64,000 nt of DNA from Octopus vulgaris. Lineage: Eukaryota. The notes beneath the pieces were generated by a model. The model worked only from the letters and a program-made list of their open reading frames with translations, was not told the DNA's origin and did not search any database. Both the position numbers and the translations under genes were made by a program. How positions within the stretch are numbered: position 1 is the first letter of the stretch; every line of letters starts with the position of its first letter. Shown here one piece after another: positions 55,011 to 64,000 of the stretch. The DNA is taken from positions 13,516,001 through 13,580,000 of the forward strand of contig OX597814.1 in NCBI GenBank assembly GCA_951406725.2, given 5' to 3'.

Positions 55011-56081
55011 TCATTTTTTTCTATTGCATAAAACACCGAGGCAATATTACGAATTGGCACCCTACAATTCAGGTTTCGTATAACTAAATCATTCTAAGAA
55101 TTTTCTTAATTTTCATAATCTTTTCTAACATTGGTTACACCTTATTTTCAGTTCCTTTGGTCAATTAGTCGGTTCGTCACATCTATAAGAAAACGCATTT
55201 TGTTTATACAATTTTCATTCTTTTCCAGTTTTCCTTCTTATATGTCTCATCAAAAGTTTATTATATCAGTTTAAATAAGGTGGTGAGCTGCCAGAATCAT
55301 TACCGCGCGTCACAAAATTCTTTACCTTCCGTGTTCAAGTACCGCCACGGTCTGTTTTACCTTTTATTCATTCGGAGTCTTACTAGAAACAACAGTCAAG
55401 TATTGTATGGATGAACTCCCTACCCCCCCCCCCCCCAAAAAAAAATATTGAGTATTGTGCCTAAAGTAGAAAGGACTATTTCAACATTCATAGTTTTACC
55501 TAACATTTTATCTGTGAAATTATAGATATTCGTTTTTGAATTTCCATGTTTACGTATTGTGAAGAGAAGCAGCTATTCCTAACCATGCTTCGACAGAACG
55601 ATTAGATATAATTAAAATAAAAGCGTGTTCTGCGAAGTGAAATTTAAATAAAAGTAATATACACTGGCATAATGAATATAGCATTAAAAGATTGAGTGCC
55701 TTGTGGCATTGCTTGCTAAGTGAACTAAATTCAAATATACATGAGGAAATAATGACGAAGGAGTTGAGCAATGAATTAATAGTCCACTGTTGCAGAATTC
55801 CAAAGTTTTAGACAGACGCCTGAATAAGTGGCAGCAGTTTACACTTACTGAATTTAATCAATAAGTCATGGTAAAAAACGCATTTCAACGAAAGTTAGTT
55901 TTGGAAATATCCGCACTATAATCATAGTGAAGCACAGCAAAACTCGATAGAATATCAGTCAGGGAGATACAGTCCTCAACACAATAAAAATGTAAAAATT
56001 CGTTTTAAAAAGAAATATATCATTATTTATTGAATTATTTTTTGTGGAATAATAAGTTTCATGCATACACACATACAAGCG

Positions 56082-56152
<71 letters not shown>

Positions 56153-56278
56153 ACAAACGCACGAACACATATTTGTAATCCAACTTGCTTGGCATGTGAC
56201 AGAAATTCGATGAATGATGCACAAGTGTTTCCAAGCAGTCTTCGTGCTTTGAGTAAAACTGTTCAATTTGAAAAACAA

Positions 56279-56510
56279 GGCGGCGAGCTGGCAGAAACGT
56301 TAGCAAGCCGGGCGAAATGCGTAGCCGTATTTCGTCTGCCGTTACGTTCTGAGTTCAAATTCCACCGAGGTCGACTTTGCCTTTCATCCTTTCGGGGTCG
56401 ATTAAATAAGTACCAGTTACGCACTGAGGGCGATATAATCGACTTAATCCGTTTGTCTGTCCTTGTTTGTCCTCTCTGCGTTTAGCTCCATGTGGGTAGT
56501 AAAGAAATAA
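56279..56510 (+). mobile_element. Full-length Meta-core-like SINE
   Basis: Near-identical to the 53280 copy. Confidence 0.92.
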
Positions 56511-57213
56511 ATTTGAAAATCAGGACGTTGGTACATAAGAAACCACAAGAAAACAAATACAAGAAACAGATTGATGCAGTTAGCGAGATTAGAAGACGAC
56601 AAAGCATGAGTAGAAAACGGAAAACAACAGGAAAGAATAACAATAAAATTAGAGTCGCGGCCCTTCGCAAATACTAGTTGTAAAATAATTCATTTGTGCA
56701 GAGTTCAAATCTGTGAGGCAGCTGGTCAATCCAATGTGGGTGGTGTCTTCCTCTTCACCAAAAGAAATTTGTCCCTAAGCTTGCATTTGCTGAAACTTTT
56801 GGATTTCGAGTTAAGTAGTGTGGCGGAATGCAATCGTTTAGATTTGCATAAGTTGCATTTAGACTAATTTTCGTATGATATGGATTTCTCTACGCTTCTC
56901 TACTTGATTTTACGTGGTGTGTAGTTGGTCTTCAAACCCCATATGTCGCTACCCAACTTAGAGGAGTCACTTTTGACAATATGACCGATTACATTCATAT
57001 AAGCCGATGCAAATTTTCTTTTAAGTTACGTTAGTGAGAGGTGTTACTGTAACTTCTGCGTCATAGACGACAAAGTATATATACATATGTATATATATAT
57101 ATGTGTGTGTGTGTGTGTGCGTGTGTGTATGTATGTATATATATGTATATGTATATACATATATATGTATATATATATGTATGTATATATATATATGTGT
57201 GTATATATATATG

Positions 57214-57291
<78 letters not shown>

Positions 57292-58149
57292 CTAGCAAAT
57301 CTATACACAACTCCTTGGTCGGAGGACATAGACGCTTACCCAAAGAATCACGCAATGTGACAGGTCCCGGAAGCATGTAGCTTTATGAACAAAGAAACTA
57401 TGTTCATAACAAAACTGTTTCCTCTGGGAGTGAATAGATTACTATTACGAGTATTCTTCTTATTACTGCTACTACTACTTCTACTGCTCATGTTGATACT
57501 AATGCTGCTACGACGAGTTATCCTAAACCTATTTCTAAAGGACGTAACAGTCTGTTACTACTCCACCTATGTCACCTAACTTTTCCACTTCTACAACCAC
57601 AGCCATTATGTAAAATGTTGCTGTTACTACTAGAATTTCTGCTTGTGAGTTCGATGCAAGCATTTGTGTTAATGCCTTTACCCACCATTGTGAACAGTGT
57701 CATAATATTTATGAAACACCCCTTAACATCAACAGTTTTAGTATCGAACATATTCTTAACAATTACTCCTACCAGAAGGGCAGATTAACGAGTACCATTG
57801 CTTACACAGCTTCTGGTAATATAATGGCTTGGCAGTCATCAGCAGGTAACCAACAACGCCCACCATGTGAATTCTGTAAGAGAAACATATCGACTTTCGA
57901 ACCTGCTAATATGAATTATGTAGTTTAATTAATTTAATTTCTCCCCTTTCTTTTAACACGATTAAGGTGTCTTAACAATGAAAGCTTCTAGCACATTGTG
58001 ATAAAAATATGTTTTCGTTCTCTTTTGTTCGTGAGGAAATTCTGAAAGCATTTCCCTCTTTTGTTATTGATACAAATTTACCGGTGTTAACATCCTTGAT
58101 CCATTCAAAATCTCATACTTTGAACTGAAAATGGCGCCATAAATTTGTT

Positions 58150-58700
58150 CGTAGATTTCAAATACAAATAAAAAAACTCATGGAAGAACTGAAGAAAAGG
58201 CATACTAAACATCAACCTTGACAAAATCACAATTCTTCTCGAGAAAAAAAAGAGGAAATGGAGACATGAAATACAAATATGAAATTAGTCAAACTTAAAC
58301 AAAATATGCTATACTATAGAAACATGAACAATAACCCTACACCTTAACATAAAATAAAAGGAAATATTCCAAAAACATTAACTAACTCAATTGTAATAAT
58401 TGAAGATTAAAGCCTGACAACTGAAACAGAAAAACTCGTTTGTACAGAAAAAAAGACGACAAAAAACATCAAGTCCTATAAATTTATAATTAAGAATTAT
58501 AATTCTAAAATAATTTATAAATTATAAATATGTTATGCACCTGCTCGAAGGCATAATGACGATGAAACTAAAGACGAAATTCGCAGAAATTTTCAAATAA
58601 TCACGATTCGTTGTGACAAGAATAACGATAATGAATTGATATCAGAGACAACAACAACTGTAACCAATCATATAATAAGAACAAAATTCTTGATGTATTC
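58150..58700 (+). mobile_element. Very degenerate LINE endonuclease fragment
   Basis: ICYAPARRHNDDETKDE resembles APE motif I.CYAPT...DE.KD.FY. Confidence 0.4.
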
Positions 58701-58860
58701 AGTGAATTTATTTAAAATTATTCATATTAGTACATGCACAATTAAATGTCTGAATCAACAATCTATGACCAACCAAATTAGAGGAAAAAATCCATAATGT
58801 CTTCAGTGAATTTATTTTAAATTATTCATATTAGTACATGCGCGATTAAACATCCGAATG
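58698..58860. repeat. ~60-bp direct duplication
   Basis: TTCAGTGAATTTATTT..AATTATTCATATTAGTACATGC at ~58699 and ~58802. Confidence 0.85.
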
Positions 58861-59029
58861 AAACTTTAGCAAAAATAAATTAAAAATTGACACGGAACTA
58901 AACATTGAGGAAGCCCGTAATGGAACTGTTGCATCCCTGACGGATGCTGAATTTCAACATGGACGTTGGGTTATCTGTCTTAGAAGACAATATGTACAAC
59001 GAAGAGTAACAAAAACATTACATTACATA

Positions 59030-59433
59030 GGCGCAGGAGTGGCTGTGTGGTAAGTAGCTTACTAACCAACCACATGGTTCCGGGTTCAGTCCCACTGCGT
59101 GGCATCTTGGGCAAGTGTCTTCTGCTATAGCTCCGGGCCGACCAATGCCTTGTGAGTGGATTTGGTAGACGGAAACTGAAAGAAGCCTGTCGTATATATG
59201 TATATATATATATATGTGTGTTTGTGTGTCTGTGTTTGTCCCCCTAGCATCGATTGACAACCGATGCTGGTGTGTTTACGTCCCCGTCACTTAGCGGTTC
59301 GGCAAAAAAGAGACCGATAGAATAAGTACTGGGCTTACAAAGAATAAGTCCCGGGGTCGAGTTGCTCGATTAAAGGCGGTGCTCCAGCATGGCCGCAGTC
59401 AAATGACTGAAACAAGTAAAAGAGAAAAAAAAA
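59030..59433 (+). mobile_element. Full-length CORE-type SINE
   Basis: Matches 30530 and 62684. Confidence 0.92.
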
Positions 59434-60009
59434 TGTATAAAAATAAGAAATCTTAGGATATTAATAGTCGTGAATGGAATAGAACTCACAGGTAAGGTAT
59501 ATGTTTATTTTAGTAGTTTTAAATACAAATCTCACATATTCCACGGCATACGAAATGTTCAGAAAGGTGAAAATGTGAAAACACTGCATAAAGTACCGAT
59601 ACAGTCATTTACGTTCGGTAGCCCAATAATCTGGAAGTGGGCCTGTATGCAAAACTCGCCGTGGGAGCAAAACTGTAGACCTGCCCAAGCCGGAAAAAAT
59701 CGCCGTCAGAGTAGCATTGTGGGCCTTCTGCTCAAGCCGCTTATATATTCCAAATATTATCCAAATGCACCGCACTATATTGGAGTTGAAACCATTAAAT
59801 GCTCATTGGATAATAATTGAGCTGTATAACCACAACGCAAAGAGAATAATTTAGTCACAGAAAGATAAAAATTAACTCAAGAGAATAAATATTTCACTTT
59901 TAACGATATTTATGAACAAAATCTGAGAACGTGAAGGGCACGAAAGCAGGTGACTCAATTGCAAATGTTTTCATTGTTTACTTACAAAACATGCCGTACT
60001 ACATATATT

Positions 60010-60216
60010 TTCTACATTGGGCAGAAGACACGAAATCATTCTGGAGGAGGCCAGTCGATTAGATCGAGGCGAGTACAAAACTGGTACTTTATTTATCGAG
60101 TCCGAAAGGATGGGAGGCAAAGTCGACCACGGCGGAATTTGAACTCAGAACGTAAAGACAGACGAAAAAGTGCTAAGCGTTTTGCCCGGCGCGCTAAAGT
60201 TTCTGCCAGCTCACCG
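60010..60216 (-). mobile_element. Degenerate Meta-core-like SINE
   Basis: Reverse complement of the family head and core. Confidence 0.8.
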
Positions 60217-60798
60217 TCTTTGCCGTATTAAATATCATTAGAAGAATAAGGCAAGTGTTTAATTACATACATTCTGCAACATTGCAATTGATAACTCATT
60301 TTATGGCTTGAATGCAACAAGAGGACTAGAACAATCAAAACTCATGTAAATGGAATTAATAAACATATACTAACAACAATTGACTATAACCAATGCCAAC
60401 TCCCGTTTTTATCTAGTTTTTTCAAATTCCTATATAAACACGCACACGTATCTTCCACGAGCCAAATGGTGTTTAAACTCGCATAATACATATTTACATA
60501 CATATATATGCGTGTGTGCTTGTGTGTGTGTGTAAAGAAAATGAAGGCAGTCAGAAATTTGGATAATTATTTATTAGTGCTTTCGTTTGCTTCATCAACA
60601 ACTTCAAGAAAAAATAGAACCAAAATCATTTTGGTTCATTATGTGGCTTCACTTTTTTTGAACGGTTCAGACGAACGAACGAAAGCGCTAATAAATAATT
60701 ATCCAAACTTCTGACTGCTTCCATTTATTTAATATGCAATACCTGTACATGACTTTAAAACATTCTATGAATACATACATACATATATATGTATGTTT

Positions 60799-60887
<89 letters not shown>

Positions 60888-62683
60888 TTTCGTGCATTTA
60901 TATTTTTGATTTTGTTGACTACACAATATGGTAGAGTCCCTTGGGCACCGTCTGTGATAAAAAACTACACCGTGGTGAAAATAACTCTGCCAGAAATTTG
61001 GAAAAGACATACTGTGATGTTTGGCATTCGTGCTGTTAGCTCCAGTACGGGCAGATTGTTAAGACACAGTACATTCATTTGCTCTCAAAGTGAGGCATTT
61101 GTCAAAATCGTAAACAGTAAAGTATTGTATGGATGAACCCCCTACCCATCCCCAATGTTCTTCATAAAAATTCTGATTCTGGTAAGAGTAATACTTGTTT
61201 CTGGGTTTCTAGTTTATGGAGGTTTTGTTGCGTATACGTGCGTGTGTGTATGTCTTTATATCTGTGAGTCTTTGTCTCCCATAAACAAAATGATTGGCAA
61301 TAGTTCAACATGTGAAAACATGGACTAAAATACCATTATCAAAAAACAAAGGAATGCGTTAGAAAGTGCAACCAACTGTGGAATATGTCCTCAAGAAATT
61401 TCATCCAACCCATGCTAGCATGAAAATAAAAAGCAGAGCTAAAAATGGAAAATAGTAGTGTGGCAGCAACCATGTGAAAGAGTGTGATAATCTCACTGTC
61501 CCAAGCTGTTAATTGAACCATTCATTTGATGTCTAATAATCAAAAAAATAATCTGTCTGAATTTCTCTGGTTTATTCATTTGTGCCGCAGGTAGAAGCAA
61601 CACATTGCCTACTGGAACAATAGAACATGGTCTTATAGCTTCAACTACAGCGAACGTTGGATGTGGTCAGCATTCGTGTTGAACATGCTGAATTCGTTGG
61701 CTGTAGCCAGATCAACTTATCCTGGGTGAATGCTGACGTATGAACAAGTGTGTCAATACCTTTCATTTCATGCTGAATCTCTGTTGCCTTCACTTTTTAT
61801 CCAGATATGGCGCATTATCCTCGTTGCACATTAAACACACTAAAGTTACGTTCATTTCTCTCTCTATGCATCAAGAATGTTGTTGCATTTTTACTTTGTG
61901 CTTTTACATAATTCTTTCCATGTTCCGTTTCGATTTCTTGCACTATATTTGTAGGGCATTTAGTCTCACATAATTATTGCGCAAGGAGACATATTTCCTA
62001 CTCATTGTGACGAATAAATATTTCCTTTCCCTGATTTTTTCCCTTTTCTGCTTTTTTTTTCATTTTCTGCTCTTCAGCAACACTGAATTTTTTTATTGTT
62101 CTCACTGACACATTCCACCCGCTAAGTTGATCTTCCTTTAAGTACCTCTCATTTTACTGCCTGTTCTAATTCATGCTTACACTTCACTTGCTTACCACCT
62201 CTCTCATACGGTGGTTATGTTCAAACTGCACTCGTTACTACAATTAATGCGGGGCAAATTCTAAAATACTTTTTGTTTACAATCTCAATTTCATCACGAA
62301 CGTTGCTGAGACGGACGGTTGTTTTAAATCTTTGTTTTTCTTATTTATTATAACACAAAAATCTTTCTCTCTCGTCCTTTTGAAATCTTAGTGAGTGTGA
62401 GGGTCTTCTATGCCTTTACTTTCCATGTTTATCGACTGAGAGCTCTGCCTCCATCTTCCTGCCCATACAGAGGCACAAACTCACACCCAACATGCACCCA
62501 CACAAACACACACGGATATACATATATCAGAAAAAAACTATTGGAAGTTGTGTAAATTTAAATATGAAATATCAAGGTATTGACATTGCTTTGATGTAGA
62601 AATATGGGTGAAAATGTTAATTTATTTCACAATATTTCGATTTTACAAACTTTTATTTATGATTCGTAAACTTTGTACACATA

Positions 62684-62849
62684 GGCGCAGGAATGGCTGT
62701 GTGGTAAGTAGCTTGTTTACCAACCACATGGTTTCGGGTTCAGTGGGCCCCACTGCGTGGCACCTTGGGCAAGTGTCTTCTGCTATAGCCTCGGGTCGAC
62801 CAAAGCCTTGTGAGTGGATTTGGTAGACGGAAACTGAAAGAAGCCCGTC

Positions 62850-62904
<55 letters not shown>

Positions 62905-63130
62905 CGTGTGTGTTTGTGTGTCTGTGTTTGTCCCCCTAGCATTGCTTGACAACCGATGCTGGTGTGTTTATGTCCCCGTTACTTAGCCGTTCGGCAAAAG
63001 AGACCGATAGAATAAGTACTGGGCTTACAAAAGAATAAGTGCCGGGGTCGAATTGCTCGATTAAATGCCGTGCTCCAGCATGGCCGCAGTCAAATGACTG
63101 AAACAAGTAAAAGAAAGAAAGAAAAGAAAT
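62684..63130 (+). mobile_element. Full-length CORE-type SINE
   Basis: Matches 30530 and 59030. Confidence 0.92.
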
Positions 63131-64000
63131 ATATTTTACTCGTTGAGACTGAAAGGTGTGTTGAGGATGTAAATTTATATGTGCATCTTTATTGCTCAAG
63201 CAAATTTTACCAGCCACTCTTTATAACTGCAACTTGTTGGATCAGCAGTTTTCAGTTGGTGAATCGACTTTTTCTGATCATTCCTGTTTGTTTATGTAAT
63301 TGATCTACGAATGCTAGTCTGGTAGCTTGCAAATCGAAAATCAGTAGATATGGCTGACAACAACGCCATGTAATTTGATCATGATTATTAGATACGTTTT
63401 ATGTTACCCTGTTGTATACATTTAAAAAATTATTCCATAACAGTGTAAAGGAAATCTTAATTGGCATTGTAATTTTATATTTGCAGCTTGATTGAATAGG
63501 TGCTTGGAAAATTTGTTCATCTACGTTTATGCATTAGTATATAAAATGCGTTTGATTCCTGAAGTAAGCGAAATATTTGCTAACAAAAATGAGCAATCAC
63601 CATAGCGTTATAGTTAAACAGAAATAGATACGAGAGAAATTAATTTATTTATACAATAGTTAATTAATAACTTCACATGATGTTAATCTCTAACTTCCCC
63701 CATGTGAATCCTATGCTGACAGCTTTTGATTTGATTATTAAATGTTTTATTTAATTCGTATTTTAATATATTTTCCCGAAAATAAGCTTTATTTTGAATA
63801 ATTCATTTCTACTGTCTATCCACAGTGTATGATTATACACATGACGATAGATATTCATTCTGCGCAGGGGCGTTACGAATTTATTGACATACCCTTTCCC
63901 GCTTAATGTTGCTGATTTTGAATTTTATATAAGCTACTATTATTCTGTTTAACATTACAAGTGGGGCGGAAATTTTTAACACCGTGGGCAAAATGCTAAG

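Larger units (their letters stand above)
43650..55950 (+). pseudogene. Dscam: Decayed Dscam-like gene (copy E), split by a gap and transposons
   Basis: YVIILSGELF (~44158, Ig2 Y.VLPSGEL); TKYEQP/ITSRLNGQ (52981, Ig9); MRVINILSRLVN (~53227); FRVILIHEL (~53737); VQLTNLDPILS*FDVIRAE (~53940); RLPNLSQELIYYLK/TAQTSAKLG (~54408); then Ig VKLICSAAGHP (54588). An Ig after an FN3 run is characteristic of Dscam. Confidence 0.65.
57760..64000 (+). pseudogene. Dscam: Decayed Dscam-like gene (copy F), running off the window end
   Basis: STIAYTASGNIMAW (57791, Ig1); ILKAFPSFVID (58039, Ig2 KC.IPSFV.D); ELTGKV...VQKGENVK and SKYYPNAPHYIGVE (ORF 59470, Ig3); QLTITNAN (~60378); [11 protein letters not shown] (~60984, Ig6); DQQFSVGEST (63240, Ig8); 63570-63890 aligns at DNA level to 52975-53545. 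Confidence 0.6.

Overview
AT-rich, repeat-dense eukaryotic DNA, very probably an octopus (Octopus-type tRNA-derived SINEs, abundant (TA)n/(CA)n/(AAT)n microsatellites, one 100-N gap at 44975-45074). I found no intact protein-coding gene; almost all listed ORFs are microsatellite or transposon artefacts. Recognisable transposon remnants include RTE, R4/Dong, HERO and Penelope retroelements, Tc1/mariner, piggyBac, Helitrons and three SINE families. Main result, read by eye and needing frameshift-aware alignment to confirm: the apparently unique DNA between the transposons carries + strand Ig and FN3 motif remnants in Dscam domain order, restarting at Ig1 several times. This suggests a fossil head-to-tail cluster of about 5-6 intron-poor Dscam-like genes spanning the window. 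Other points of interest: a decayed 5-exon gene for an unrecognised, probably secreted protein (- strand, 4.3-7.7 kb) with a piggyBac inside an exon; a family of RT-less elements encoding only a CCHC zinc-knuckle ORF1-like protein (one solo copy plus a 3-unit tandem array); a minimal hammerhead-ribozyme motif; and repeated fold-back palindromes anchored on (TA)n tracts.
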